NCBI GenBank assembly: GCA_026770705.1
Contig: JANJGN010000047.1
Coordinates: 3,348,001-3,412,000, forward strand
Reading direction: 5' to 3'
Source: Isurus oxyrinchus
Taxonomy: Eukaryota
DNA: 64,000 nucleotides
Shown here one piece after another: positions 23,256-37,800 of this stretch (positions within the stretch are counted from its first letter, which is position 1; each line of letters begins with the position of its first letter). Under the pieces are notes generated by a model, which saw nothing but the letters and a program-made list of their open reading frames with translations, ran no database searches and was not told where the DNA came from. The position numbers and the translations under genes were made by a program.

Positions 23256-24774
23256 GACATCCATTCCGTCTACCTCTCCAGACCACGCCGGAACAACCAA
23301 TCTTTCTGCAAGTTCATCGCTCACCAATGCACTAAGTCGCTCCACAACTCTATCACTGAGTTGGAAATCCATTCCTTCTAACACCTCAGCTTCTGTTAAG
23401 GACAGCCTGGCATGGCACCCACTACCACCATCCCTCAGGTTTACGTTCAAATCCAGTGCAGCACAATACTTGGAAAAGCCATTTTGACAGAGAACACTTC
23501 TGTCTCTTCTCAGAATGGGTAGTCTCGATCTCTCCCTCATCCCTATTAATTATTATTCACCAAGATTACAAGTGGATTTTTAGCCTCCTACGTTACTGGG
23601 CATTCTGTGGATTGCTTCATCGCTGATCCCTTCCACGCTTTCCAAACGACCCATCTTTTTCATTCATATACGTCAGTCCAAATAATTGCCTTGTAACAGC
23701 AACAATCTTCATCTGTCGAAACTTAACTCTTATTGGAAAAATCATCTTTGCATCTACAGCATTTCTCCAATAAAAGCACAATAATTACATTAAATCCTTA
23801 AGAGTCCTAGCTATCCCTTTGTTTATGTGAAGGGAACATTATTTCTGATATTTTAACTGCTATGTTATTCTGCCTTTAGTTTACTGGTGTTGACTTGGAA
23901 TAGACCACCTATCTATTATATAAAATAATTCAATTCCTGTCCTCCCTATGCATGACTTATCTGTGAGGCCTCCCGCTTCCTCCCTCGACTTCCTATTTCC
24001 ATTTGTGGGGATAGACTGTTTACAATACGTATAACAATGCTGCTGTCATGCACACCAATCTTTATCATTATTCCTGCCATTCTGCTTCCTGTAATTTCTC
24101 AGCTGATTTTTCATATTCCTCCGCCTTCATCACATCTGTATTAATTGGGCCACGTTCCACAACAGTACTTTAGAAATTATTTCCTCCATGCTCTGCCCAT
24201 AAGTCGGCTTCATTGGGGCACACAGGGATCTCGATCATGACGGTCCCATATCCTGCACTTCCGCCCTCGACCTGCTCCTCTGCATCAGCATCATGCTAGA
24301 CTCCCATCTATACCTACCTTCCACAACCCTAAAGATCAATTATTTTACTGTGTTTGCAACTGGCACCTACTACGTCACCAAATGCACTTTCTTCATCACC
24401 TGGTCTCTTTCGCTAATCATACGTAGACCGTTTTTCCTCTGGAAATCAGCTTTATTTTCGTATGAAACGGCAGAGCCCCCCCCTTAGAGGGATAATAAAT
24501 TTCACCCACAAGCGTTACATACAGAACACTCTTACCCTGTTGTCTTTCATTTTTCAGGGCCACAACAAATCCATCCTTGTGAAGTCATGTTGGTGTACTG
24601 CTTCTGCTTTCCTATACTGGATTCATTGAACATGCGGATATTGCTACAACTCACTAATGAGTCATTTTGTATCAAAGTTAGACGTTGTACTGATCTGTCA
24701 CTCAGCAACGCGGCAAATTATGTATGCAATTTAAAAGCAATTTTGTGCAGTCAGTGGAGGCCTGTATTAAGTAC

Positions 24775-24960
24775 ACAACATGTTGGAAAAGCTCAGCAGG
24801 ACTGGCAGCTTCCGTGGAGAGAGAAAAAGAGTTAACCTTGCCAGTCCAATATGTTTCCTCTTTGGAATTCAGAGTTCCAAAAAAACTGAGTTCTTATTAT
24901 CTGAACTGATGCTGCCAGGCATACGGGATCTATTCAAACATGTTCTGTTTTTTTAAATGA
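24775..24960. mobile_element. Old fold-back remnant of Penelope-like element termini
   Basis: aaaagctcagcaggactggcagcttccgtggagagagaaaaagagttaac followed by a degenerate reverse complement (gatgctgccaggc...atgttctgttttt). Same terminal sequence family as 48375-48957. Confidence 0.55.
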
Positions 24961-25611
24961 AGGAAGCATCTTGTTATCTGTTCTAGTGTGCCCTCTACTT
25001 GGTCGCTGTATTGCAAGGTACAAACTAATGTTTGATATGAAGTAAGAACTATGAACATAACTGGCTTGCAAGGGTTCCTGAGACACGCTAAAGCATTAAA
25101 ACAAATTGAACTGAGCTGCTATGTATGTCAAATTGCAGGAGTCACTCAAGGGGCATATTTTGTTTATAAGCTACATCCTTTTTTGGAAAACTGAAATATA
25201 GAATAGTTTCCATTATCTGTAATCCACATTGCCACAGTAATTATAATGTGTTCTTGCCTTTCCCTACTACTACCTGTTTGTGATTGACGTTTTCCAGCTC
25301 CGATATAAAATCTGCAGTGACATGGCTACAAGGAAAGAAACGCTGCGAACTGATTATTGAATGGCATTGAACAATCAGGTAGAACAGGTAGATGTTGTGG
25401 ATAGCACAGTTAATAAAACAGTATTGATACTGTAGTGACAGATAACCTTGGATCCGAAGATAAATGCATGGAATTAACTTAGGTGGAATTAGCAAACAGC
25501 AAGCTCCAAAAACAATGCATGAAACAGCAACTGCAAAGTAAAGCATAAAATAATTCAGGAAAATTTTAGTGCGTGTAACAATAATACTACCATAATCACG
25601 GAAGCACGGCA

Positions 25612-27010
25612 TCGGAATCACAGCATCTCAGCGCAGAACAGGCCATTCGGCCCATCGAGTCTGCAACGACACGAGATTACAACCAGACCTAACAACCTAT
25701 TTCCATTTCCCAGAACGTGGCCCATAGCCTTAAATGTTATGACGTGCCAAATGCTCATCCTTGTATTTTTTAAAGTATGTGAGGCAACATGCCACCACCA
25801 CCCTTCCAGACAGTGCATTACAGACCGTTACCACCCTCTGGTAAAAAAAAAAGTTTTCCTCACATCCCCCCTAAACCTCCTATCCCTCACCTTAAAGTAT
25901 GCCCCCTTGAGAGGTCAAATATGGGGAACATCCATTCCCTATCCAACCTGCCCATGTCCCTCATAATCCTGTAAACCTCGATCATGTCGTCCCTCAGTCT
26001 TCTCAGCTCCAACAAAAACAACCCAAATCTATTCAAACTCTCTACAGAGCTTAACTGTTTCATCCCAGGCAACATCCTGGTGAATCCCCTTTGCACCATC
26101 TCCAGTGTAAACACATCCTTCCTTTCATGTGGCGAGTAGGGTTGCACACATTACTCCAGCTGTGGTCTCAATAATGGTCTATAAAGCTCCAACATGTCCT
26201 CCCTCCTTTTCTAATCTGTGCCTTGTTTTATAAAGGCAAGTCTCCAATAAGCCTTTCTCACAGTCCCACCAACGTGCCCCTCTGCCTCCAGGGAACTATG
26301 GACACACACGCCAAGTTTCCTTTGTTCCTCAGAACATCCAAGTGACATTCTGTTCATTGAATACTTCCTTGACAAAGTCATCTTTCCAATATATATCACC
26401 TCACACTTTTCATGGTTAAATTCCATCTGTTTCTTATTTGCCCACTTGACCTTCCCATCTATATCTTCCTGATCCACAAGACACTGAAACTCACTGCTAA
26501 CTACCCAGCGAATCTTTGTGTCATACGCAAAATTACTAATCATAACCCCCGCATAGTCAAATATGTCATTTATATGATTGACAAAAATGGTGGACCGAGC
26601 ACAGATCCCTCTGGTACGCCACTGGATGGACCGGGTTTCCAGCCACTAAAGCATCCTTCTGTCATCACGCTCTACCTCCTTCACTTTAAGCAATTTTGAA
26701 TTCACCTTGTCAAATAACCCTGAATCCCATGTGCAGTTGCATTCTTTATAAGTCTCCAATGTGGGACCTTGTCACAAGCTTTGCTGAAATCCATTTAAGC
26801 TACGTCAACTGCACCATCATCTACACATCTGGTCACCTCCTCAAAAAAACTGAATCAAACTTGTTAGGCATGACCTCACTCTGACAAAGCCATGCTGACT
26901 ATCACTGAGCAAAACTTGCCTTTCCAAGTGGAGAGAGAGACTCTCCTTCAGAACTTTTTCAAATTTTCCCTATAACTGACCTGAGACTCACTGGACTGTT
27001 CTTCCCTGGC
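25612..27010 (-). mobile_element. CR1-type LINE, RT C-terminal half plus 3' UTR
   Basis: Minus ORFs ISNFAYDTKI...KWANKKQMEFNHEKCEVIYIG and LEMVQRGFTRMLPGM...LFLLELRRLRDDMIEVYRIM; 3' tail gaacaggccattcggccc at ~25637. Confidence 0.9.
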
Positions 27011-29490
27011 TTATATCAGTAATCATGAGGATGTTCAAGGTACAATAAACTGGGAAATACTAATCAGTACTAATGTTGTGTAGGTATATATATTGGGGTG
27101 CATGTAAGATTGTTTCCTGAAGTTGCATCTTGAAGAACCAACTCGACAACTGGCAATTTTAGATCTAGTATTGTGCAATCAATGGACAGAATTAATTTTT
27201 TTGTTGCAAACTACCCATTAGGAAAGAGAGACCATAAATTGCTAAAAAAAACCCCAAGTATTCATTCACAACATGTTTTCGTTCAATGGGATATTGATCT
27301 AAAAGTCAAATGTGAGGGCAGGATCTTCAAGTTGACTTTCTTCTGGCAAAGCTTCGTTAAAAGGCATGATTGTAGACAGTCAATAGCTAAAACGTAAGGA
27401 AGGCGTGCATAATTTACTACAAAAATACATTAATTTAATGCAATAAGGCCAAGCAAGGAACGTGTCTCAGCCATGGCTAATTTATTAAATATAGGATTAC
27501 ATTGGATCAAAGGAAGAAGTGTACAAATTTGCAAAAAATAGTAAGCCTGAGAATTGGAAGCATTTTAAATTCAGCTACGATAAATCAAAAAGAGAGAGAA
27601 TCTTCACAGAAACACAGAATACCACAGTGCAGAAGAGGCCATTCGGCCCATCGAATCCGCACTGGCACGTGAGAAACACCTGAATTAATTAAGGGGAAAA
27701 GAATATAAGGCTAAACTAGCGTCAAACGTTAAAATATGGACTGTTAAATATCCTATAGGCAAGCAGAAAGGAAAATACTTGTGAATAAACGTCAAATATG
27801 TGCCCATTACCAGGGGATTATTGATAACTTATAACGCAGAATAAGGAAATGGCCGGGAAGCTATATAAATATCTTATGCATGTCTTTATGGTGGAAAATG
27901 CTAACACTTCTCAAAAACACTGGAGGAGCAGGGGACTACTCTAAGCGAGGAAATTCATGATATTAATATTCATCTTGAAAATAACACTGGAGAAATTACA
28001 GGCCCTTAAATCTAATGGTTCCCTTTGAGGTGAAGGTCTGCATCCAGATAAATTGAAAAATGTAGCTTAGAGATAGGAGATGCAATGGCGATCATCGTTC
28101 AAATTTGATAGATTCTGGAATGTATTCTGCTGATCGGAATGTGGTGAATGTAACCAAGTTATTTATGAAAATTAGGAGAGAGCAAATAATGAACAAGAGG
28201 TGTTAGCCTGACATCAGCAGTAAGGAAAATTCTAGTATACCTAACGGAGAATGTGAACATTATACACCGAGGAAATAATTGGAGGGTTACCCCGAGTCAA
28301 CATGGATTTGAAACAGGGAAATCGCGATTAATACATTTGTTGGAATTTTCTGAGAATGTGCTCAAGCAGAACAGTTCACGGTGAAACTCTGCAAGTGGTA
28401 TGTTTAAAATTTCAGGAGGCTTTAGTAAGTTCCTACACGCGAAGCTGGTAAGCAACATTAGATGCATGAAATTGCGGGAGTGGGGCGATGGTGGGGGTTG
28501 GAGGGGGTGTGATGTTAAAGCCTGCATTGTGAACTGTTTAAGAGTCAGAAAACAGAGACCAGGAATCATTAAATATTTTCAGGTCGACAGGCTGTGACTA
28601 ATTTGGAATTGCAAGGTTAATTCCCTGGGATTCACTTATTTACAATCTATATCAATGATTCGGATCTGGGGATTAAAGGTAATATTTCCAAAATTACAGA
28701 TGACAAAAAAACTTTGAGACGGATGCAAGGAGGTTTGCAGAAGCTAAGCGAGTGGGTGCAGGTTCGGCACATGGAATACCATGTGCAGAGATAAGAGGTT
28801 ATCCACCTTCGTCAGAAAAAAAGAGAAATACCGAGTGTTTCTAAAATGTCCAGAGAGTGGGAAATGTGGCATTGGGTATACTTGTTCATGAGTCACTGAA
28901 AGCTAACATGGAGGCACAGCCAGCAGTTAAGAAGCTAAATAGCATATTGGCTTTTGAATGAAAAAAATTGAGTGCAAGGTAAAATATTTCTTTATGCAAT
29001 TTGATCGTTATATTTGCAGAATGGGGATGGCAACAAAGTTTCACCAAATTAATTAATTAAATGGAGGGATTGTCATATGAGGAATTATTAAATAAAAATA
29101 CATTTAATATCCAGAGTTTAGATCGCATTGAAACAAGAAAAAAATCTAATAATGTTAGCCAAGGCTGATGCTGGAAGGACTTTTCACCTGGATCACGAGT
29201 CGAGAAACAAGGGAGGCGTTACCTCAATTAAGAACAGGCCATTTAGGACAGGGATGAGGACGCAGTTCTGAAAGGAGAGTATGTACAATCTTTAGAAATC
29301 TCTGGTCCAGGGGGCTGTGGAGGCTCAGTCATTGCTTATTCAAAGGACCGATGTCAATAGTTTTCTAAAGTTAATCAAGGGTTACGAGAAAATGCAGGAA
29401 AATCATGTTAAATGTGAATATCACCAACTATTTCATTGGTTGGCGGGAGGTCCCGAATGTCTGAATGGCTTAATCCTTCTCCTATTTCTA
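27010..29490 (+). mobile_element. Decayed CR1-type LINE ORF2 (endonuclease end through 3' UTR), with a short antisense CR1 tail inserted at ~27603-27682
   Basis: EEPTRQLAILDLVLCN (27132), SQHGFETGKSRLIHLLEFSE (~28295), LFTIYINDSD...ISKITDD (28636), 3' tail ctgaatggcttaatccttctcctattt (29461). Confidence 0.85.
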
Positions 29491-29499
29491 CCTTCAGGG

Positions 29500-31200
29500 C
29501 AGATATGACAGCTCAGTACTGGGACATCAATGAGGTTATATATATCATCACAACAGCAGAACAGTATTCATCCACATTGTTTCAACATGCAGCCTCGAAA
29601 TCTACTTCACTCTACCAATCGTTCAAAGGAAAATGTTCCTGATTCAATGATGAGAACAGGACATGAGTCATGAGCAGCCACGTACACCTAAAATGGAGCT
29701 GCCAACACGTTGAAGTGACAACACATGTCTCATTGCATGCTGAATTGTGGAATCAGCATGAAATGTGCAGAGCTAAGCGATGCTAAAGCCAATGGATCAG
29801 CGCAAAACTCTGCAGGCCTGCCCCATCATTCGAGAATGGTTGTAGGTAATAAAACAACCAACATGCTGAGGTTGGTCCACGCTGACCCATCTGCTTCCAA
29901 GATTTTTAAATGACAGTGATGAAGCATTTGAACCTACCTTCCTCCAGAAGCCCCCTTGCATCACAAATGCTTGCCTGGAAACAAATATTTTAAATAATTG
30001 TCGTAGATACTAGTTTTTCTCTTAAAGCAAGGTACATCCGATGGGATCATTGATTTTTCCAACAGTTTTCTCTGAACAATTAGCTTCAGACTTTCTTTAA
30101 ATCTCAGTCAATACATTCAGTCGATGGCGTGGAAGATGGAGCGGAGGGGGGGGGGAATTTATAAGAAGTCAGGTTGTGGGATGGTGTTGCACACTCTGCA
30201 CGGGATTTAGTCGCACCGAACACAAAAAACCGAGTCTTTTCTGTTTACGGTGGACAACCCTCTGATCCCCAGGGCAGCGTTTTCGTAATTGCTCACACTT
30301 GTCTCCTAGGCCCAACCATCGTTTGGTCCTTTATAAGTATTTTCCCTCCAACATAAATTTATCAGTGTTGATGTTCGCTGAAGGCTGCACAATATTGAGC
30401 AATATTCCTATCTCCACAGGCTTTCAAGCCGTCCATTCCAATATAAAACAATGTCTGGACAACATTCTCGCTTTGACCGATAGGCAGGAACCGACTATTC
30501 CACCATGCGCATTCCAGGTAATTTCCAACGAAATGAATTCGAAACATCTCCTCTTACATTTCACTGCCATCAACAACAACAAATCTTCTACCTGAAATTT
30601 GCTAAGGAATGTTAATATGTAGCTACTTAACCGGCGAGGAATTTAAATTTTGTTCTGGCAAGTCCAGGTAAGTGGTTGAATATACTGTGGCGAGTAATTC
30701 ATCACCTTCATCCCCAAAGCTTGCTCATCCATCAATAAGTAGCAACTGTTCATTTCCTTAGACTAATTCCCATTTTCCTAGATCAGCCAAGCTCAGACAA
30801 CACACAAGCTCAAGAGGATTGGAAGCAAAGCGTGCCTTACTCACTACATTAAGCATTATCATTCTCCATCAACTGCATACATGACAGCAAGGAGTGCCAT
30901 CTACAGGATACATGGCGACCCTCGACAATTACCTCCAGGACAGCAGAAGCATGAGTACACAACTAGCTGCATGCTGTGCTTGAAGGCGCACTGCATCATC
31001 ATTAGTGTATATATTACCGTGTCTTCATTGTCACTGGGCCAACATCTTAGAGAATACTCCCCTAAATCACTGAGAGTGCACCATAGTTACACTTAATGGG
31101 GTACATCAATGTGGTCAACCTTCGAAACTGCAGTCAGGTGTGGACAAAATTGGCGGAAATTCCAGCAAAGCCTGGAATGCACTGCTGTCTGCATCCAAAG
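29500..31200 (+). mobile_element. Decayed LINE (second family) with RT motifs
   Basis: PQGSV...LGPTI...LMFAEG at 30267-30385, corresponding to PQGSVLGP...MFADD. Confidence 0.65.
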
Positions 31201-31379
31201 GTCCACGATCAGTGTCCTGTGCTGCCCTATGTATACACGTGCACTCCCGTCACATCAGCATTGACTCATCCTATCTCAAAGCTGCCCTGACCATCTGATT
31301 GATTTCATTTCTCTTCTGATCTGACATGCTAAGAGGAATATTTTTAGCTTCTTTTCAGGTGTTAAGGTTGGCACGCTCC

Positions 31380-33510
31380 AACTAGTACTTGATAACCAGA
31401 AACCACACCCGTCGTGTCCCTCTGACCCCATCCTGTCTCATACTCCCAGCCCTTGCCACGCATTCACAATATTCTCTGGCCTTCCCATCTATGACACTGA
31501 ACGTCCAGTACCCAGCCAATGACTCAGGTCCATGACCTAACGTCCTTACCTCAATTTATTTTGGGCTCGGCCCCATGCTGAACTTGTCATCTTCTACTTC
31601 CGACTCTGTGCTCATTTCTTTGGGCAAGGAGAAGGCCAGCCATTGCATGGATAACTTCATCCGCCTCCAGTACCCTCCCTCCACTATGTCACCTGTCTCT
31701 GGCATATTACCTGCTCTTGATCTTTTCATTGAGATCATCAGTGCGACGTCAGCCAATTCAATTTCTCTGGTCCTTTCACACACGCTAGCCTGTCTCCTTC
31801 TGAACCTTCTATTGTTTTAGGTCTAACACTAACTTTGTTCACAAACCTGCTAGCAAGGGTGGTATGTTGTTGTCTGGCACACTGGCCACTACCTCACAGA
31901 AGCTCAGCGCCAACTCGCAGACAATGCTACCTATCTGCCCTTGTAGCATGGCCTCACCACGGAACATGAAGCCATTGATTCCAGGACTATCACATACCTT
32001 ATATCATCTTGAGATATTCATTCCACTGCTTCCACTCATCGTCTCCCATGCTTCATATCCGGCACTCCCCGACCCTTATTTAACACCTCTGTCTTCATTT
32101 TTGTTGATAAAATTCCCACAATATTCATGGCAAGCCCACTGACTCTCAAAGAGTCCTCCATACGTCTTAAACTGCACTCTGCTTCATATAATGGCTCCAA
32201 ACCATTCTCCCCGTTCTTTCAACTACTTCACACCTGTTCCCTTGAATAAAAATCAGAACTTCGGGCATGTGCCCCTTCTTCTCCATCCGAGGTGCCTCAG
32301 GCACTGTTGTTGACAGGGCCTTCAACCAGGCCCTAACCACCTCCAGCGCTTCTGCCCTCACACCATCTTCTCCCTGCCAGAGCCATGATGGAACACCCTT
32401 GGTCCTTAATTTTCACCAAACTCTCTCCACATTCAAATAATCTTTCAGCGCCATTTCTGCCAGCTCCAGCACGATGAACGCATCTAACGCAGCTACCCCG
32501 CAACCTTTTGTCAACATCATGTCGGATTAAGTTACGCCGAGACACTCTTGTACACTTCTCCATCACCGTAAACACTTCATCCCCTTTCCACAGCACCTTC
32601 CATTGCAATTGCAGAAGTTGCAACATCTGACACTTTCCTTTCTCCCTCATCACCATCAAAGCGCCCAAACACTGCCTGCAGGTGAAACAGCGTTTCCATG
32701 CACCTCCTTCAATTTGGTCTGCTACACAACGTTTACTGAACCCAGGCTGGGTGCCCGCTTTGCGATGCATCCCCATCCTGTCTACAAGCATAACACAGCC
32801 CTTCCAGCCAATTGCCATTTCAACAACCCATTCTGCTCTCATGCCCACATGTCCATTCTTTGCCTCCTGCAATGCTTCACTGAAACCCAAAGCAAACTGG
32901 AGGAACAATACCTCATCTCCTGACTAGGCAACTTCTGATGTTTGAACTTCAGATTCAGTTCACAACTTCAGCCCATTAAATTTTACCCACATGTATAATC
33001 CCCTTTTTTACCCTGACTTTTATTTCTGCAACTTATTTTCGTCATTTAGCCATTGTTGTAGAACTTTTTTATCACCCTTCTTTCCCATTATCTATCCTTT
33101 TCCCGCACCACTGCCCGCTCCCCCAACACCATCCCCAAAGACCTCAACTGTTACTTGTTACATGTTGTTCTTTCACTCAATGCTACTCTTGCTCTGCTAT
33201 TATTGCATTCTGATTTATGATACGTTTGCTACAATGAGCACCGCTTTTAGCTCTACTACTACAATTAAGAATCCTTGTGTCCTTGTAGCTCTGACACTGT
33301 TGTCAATCTCTCCTTTGACCTTACTTATCGCTGGCCTTCTGTCTCACTTCACATGCCCCAATCCCCTTAAACAGCTTACATTTCATTATGGTCCCAATTC
33401 TCTTCAGCTCTGAAGAAGAGTCATACGGGCTCGAAGCGATGACTCTGTTTCTCTCTCCACATCTGTTGCTAGACGTGCTGAGCTTTTGCAGCATTGCCTT
33501 TTTTTTCATA
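31380..33510 (+). mobile_element. Penelope-like retroelement remnant (partial RT, GIY-YIG endonuclease, 3' terminal region)
   Basis: TFHCNCRSCNI...QVKQRF..TSFNLV and LGARFAMH...ANCHFNNPFCSHAHMSILCLLQCFTETQSKLEEQYLI; terminal ctgaagaagagtcatacgggctcgaag...ctctccacatctgttgctagacgtgctgag. Confidence 0.85.
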
Positions 33511-34011
33511 ATTTTATATTATTCCTGGGTAATGGAAACTGGAAGTGAATTTCCATATCAGAATACCAGATGTACCCTAACAATTATGAGCTGAATATGA
33601 GGTCGACCCGAGAGCCTAAACATCTACCAATATGCAGGTTTTACTCAGAATGCTAATGAAATCCACCACGCCACCTCGCAACTTTGACTATTCAGGAAAT
33701 AACATCCAGCCTCCTAAAGCTTTCTGACAGTTACAAAACTCTGCTGAGTTTTCACACAGGCAGAGCTTTTCGTGCACTTTTTCACGTTATGGGGAATAAA
33801 GATTTGGAAAGAGATAAAAATGGACTGTGTTCAATGTGTGGGTTGCAGTTAACCAAAGATAGGTTCAAATAAGGGAGGCGGAATTTAAATTATACGTCTT
33901 GGCACAGAGGGTGGGAGTTGGGATTGGCGAACATTAGGGGTGGTCCCCGCAGGAAGCCAAAGCCATGAATGCAGGGTGAGTGAAACTTTATTTTTCGGTA
34001 CAGGAGCGACG

Positions 34012-34175
34012 TTTGTTTGTGTGTGTGTGTGTTTGCGTCTGTGTGCGTGAGTGTGTGTGTGTTTGCGTCTGTGTGCGTGAGTGTGTGTGTGTTTGCGTCT
34101 GTGTGCGTGAGCGCGTGTGTGAGTGTGTGTGTTTGCGTCTGTGTGTGTGTGCATGCGTGTGTGTGTGTGTGTGTG
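34012..34175. repeat. TG-rich compound repeat with three perfect 30-bp units (GTGTGTGTGTGTTTGCGTCTGTGTGCGTGA) at 34021-34110
   Basis: Three identical consecutive 30-mers read directly, plus one degenerate unit and (TG)n. Confidence 0.9.
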
Positions 34176-35114
34176 TTTTATTTTGTGTAGGGAGGAAGAG
34201 CGGGGGGTTTGAGGTGGGGTGGCAGGCTAAGGAGGTAATCAGTTCATGATGACATGCTGTGAACAGCAGGGCTCAACCTGCCAGAGACGCTGACGCCACA
34301 GAACATAATGTTGATTAAACCCCACCGAAATAATGCACTGTCCGTTTTTTTTTCAGAGATCAAAGCAGATTTACCACAGGCTTAGGAACGAGGGTCAAGG
34401 TGAGGAAAGGCGGAATCCTTTTTGGGATTGTAGCCCATGTCCAATATCGCAGTGGAAATTACAAAGATTGGGTGATTGAGAGGAAGGGTCGTGAGGGAGA
34501 GGAACCTGGTTGGGGTGGGACATGTTGACGGAAGATGAAGTTTGGATGGTTGGTCATTGGTGAAAGGGACACTTCTAATTTTGCTGGGATAATTTTCTGA
34601 TCAAGGAGAAGAAGAAAAACTCTGCAGTGAAGCAGCAATGGAGGGTATGTCAATAGGACAATGTCATTGCCTTTGCATAATATCTTTCAAAACAAGCTCT
34701 CGGTTGGGATCCTGAATATTAACTGTAATTGACCCCGTGTCAGGGACACACAGTTATTGGTTCCACTGCTCCATGATTCACTGTAATACAGTGATACCAG
34801 TCATATTTATAATTAGAACTGAAGGAGCGAAAAGTATCCAAAAATGAAAAGAAAAATTCTAAGTACCTGTTCATTTTTGTGGGATCAGCCCTTAATGTGC
34901 AGACTTCTGAGTTTCTTGCCAGGAAAGTTCTGAATTAGGTAATGCTTTGTATTTAGATTTGTCTGCCTTGAAAGAAATAATTCAAAGCTACTGAATGAAT
35001 GTGACTTCGAGCAACGATCGAACATGTTTCTCTTGGTGGGAACTCATCCCACGTATTATTCAGGGCCCAGTTGAATAGTTTTCTTCAGTTTTCCTTCTTG
35101 AGGTGCCGTTTTCA

Positions 35115-37800
35115 GACCAGCAGAAATCGAGAAGAGGCCCTTCGGCCCATCGAGGCGGCACCGACAGGTGAGAAATTCCTGACCTACCTATCTAAACTCC
35201 ATTTACCAGCACTTGACCCATTACCTTTAAAGTTATGTTGTGCCAAGTGCTCTTCCACATACTTTATTAATGGCAATGCATTCCAGACCGTCACCTGGGT
35301 AAAAATAGTTTTTCCTCATTACCCCTGAACCTCCTGCCCCTCACGTTGAACTTAGGCCCCTTTGTGAATTACCCTAGAACAAAGGGGAACAGTTGTTCAC
35401 TATCCACCGTGTCCATGCCTATCATAATATTGTACAGTTCGATCTGGTCTCCCCTCAGTCATCTTTGCTCCAAGGAAGAAAACTTAAGTCTGTCCAACCT
35501 CTGTTCATAGCATGAATATTTAATCCCAAGCAACATCGTGGTGAATCTCCTCTGCACCCACACCAGTACAATCACATCTTTCTTATAATGTGGCAACCAG
35601 AACTGCACACAATGCTGAAGCTGTGGCCCAAATAAGGTTCTATAGAACTCCAGCATGAGCCCCCGGCATTTGCATTCTATTCATCGATTGATAAAGGCAA
35701 TTGTTTTTTTGCATTTTTCACTCCCCCACTAATATGACCCTCTGCCTTCTGAGATCTATGGACACGCCTGCCAAGGTCCCTTTGTTCCTTTGAACTTTAA
35801 ACTCTTTGAAAAAGTAACTGGATCTGCACGTAAAGTGTTGTTAGCTACAGGGCTATGGGACTGGTGGCATAAGGTGGGATTAGAAAGAGTACGTGGGTGT
35901 CCTCGCGCTGTCATGGACATGATGGGCCGAATGGCCTCCTTCTGTGCAGCAACTTTTCTCCGGTTCAATGGTTGAAATTCTAGGAATGTTGAAATCACCT
36001 AATATAGTAAACCTTTTTTATTGCTTTTACACATCTCCGCAAATTTTGCACATATTTGCTCCTCAATTTCCCACTGAATAACTTGGGCTCTATAAGAAAC
36101 ACCTAACAATGCTGCTGCCCTTTTTTTATTCCTCAGCTTTAACTGCAAAGCTTCACTCGATGCACCCTCCAAGATATCATCTCTCTTTACTGCAGTAACT
36201 GACTCCTTAACTAATAGTGCAACGCCTCATCCTCAATTAACCCTTCCCCTGACTCACCTGAACATTCCATATCCCTGAATGTTGAACAGGCAATCCCGCC
36301 CTTCCCTCAACTACGTCTGAATGATGGCTACTATAAAACAAATGCACTTGTCAATCCTCACTCTTAACTCATTAGTTTTACGTGTAATACTCCTCGCATT
36401 AAAGTAGAGGCCATCCAGCCTTGCCTTACTCCCTTGAAATCGTAATGCCACTGTATTTCCTCTGACTTTATTGTTGTACTCTAGTATGATGTGTCCTTAT
36501 CCTGATAACGCTGTGTCCCATCCCCCTGCCCAATTAATCTGAAATCCTGAAAACAGCACTAGGAAACCCACCTGCAAGGATGTTATTCCCGCTGTGGTTC
36601 AGATGTAGTTCATCCCGTTATACAGATTCCAACCTCCCTAGAAAGGGTCCCAATGTTCCTGGAATCTAAAAAATCTTCCCTCTTGTGCAAATGCTAAAGC
36701 CACGTATTCATCTGTGTTATTCTCCTTTTTTGACCTCGATAGTATGTCACACTGGTAGCCATCTTGAGATTACAACCCGAGAAGTCTTGATTTTTAGTAT
36801 ACTGCCTTATTCGCTGAATTCTTGATGCAAGACCTCATCCCTCTTTCTACCTATTTCAGTGGTACCAACATGTACCAAAAACAGTGCCGTATCATTCTCC
36901 CCCTTCAAGATTCCCTGCAGCCATTCAGTGACATCCCGGACCCTGGCACCGTCCTGGAGCCACATTGAGGACCACAGTAGCGCCTATCTGTCCCGCTGAC
37001 AGCAGAATCCCCTATTACTTCCTCCCTTCCCCACTCCTGTTCAGACAGGCTGCCTGTGGCGACAGAAGCTTGGCTTGTCTGCATGCCCTGGGCAACCTAT
37101 CGGCCTTATCAGCCTCCAAAATGGAATACCGATTTGCGAGCGGGACCCCAGGGGACTCTGTAACTACCTGCCTGCTTCAACTGGACTTCCCAGCGGTCAC
37201 CCATCCCTTCCATCCTCAAGTCCCTTCAGCTTCGGTGTGACGACCATTCTAAACGTGCTGTTCATGATGCTCACAACCTCGCGGATGCTCTTCAGTGACT
37301 CCAGACCAAGTTCCAGCTATGAAACCCGAACTTCCTGGAGCTGCAGGAGGACTTACCTCCTTTAGATATGCTGGTCCCGGGCATTTAAATATCCCCGGCT
37401 TCCCACAAGGAGCACGAGGACGACACCACAGCTTTGAACGCTCTTGCCATGCCCAACCCTTTTACATTAAACATTTTATGTCAATTACTGTTAGGCCCTT
37501 CTTTCGTTACCACAGAATATACAAACTAAATCAACAAAGAAAGCTTAAACTATAAGAGGTTAAAATAGGTAATCCCTTACCCACTACTTCCCAGTGATTT
37601 ATTTTCATAATAGTCTCTAGTGATGCAGCAGGGCAAAGCTCTCGCTCTGAAAGTTTGAGAAGTTGGAAAAAATGCAAAGAACAGCTCGCACCCTACGCAC
37701 CAACTGCCCACTGTGCACCAAATTGAGAATACCCAAGCTGGATTTGCCCAAATGTGGATGTGATCTCTCCTTGTTCGTGTGCAAGCAGGGCTTTCACTGT
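35115..37800 (-). mobile_element. Internally deleted CR1-type LINE (3' tail, ORF2 pieces, ORF1 and probable 5' UTR), with a sense CR1 3' end inserted at ~35790-35975
   Basis: Minus ORF MLEFYRTLFGPQLQHCVQFWLPHYKKDVIVLVWVQRRFT (CR1 ORF2 C-terminus); ORF1-like start MARAFKAVVSSSCSLWEAG...LQLQEVRVS at ATG 37450. Confidence 0.75.
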
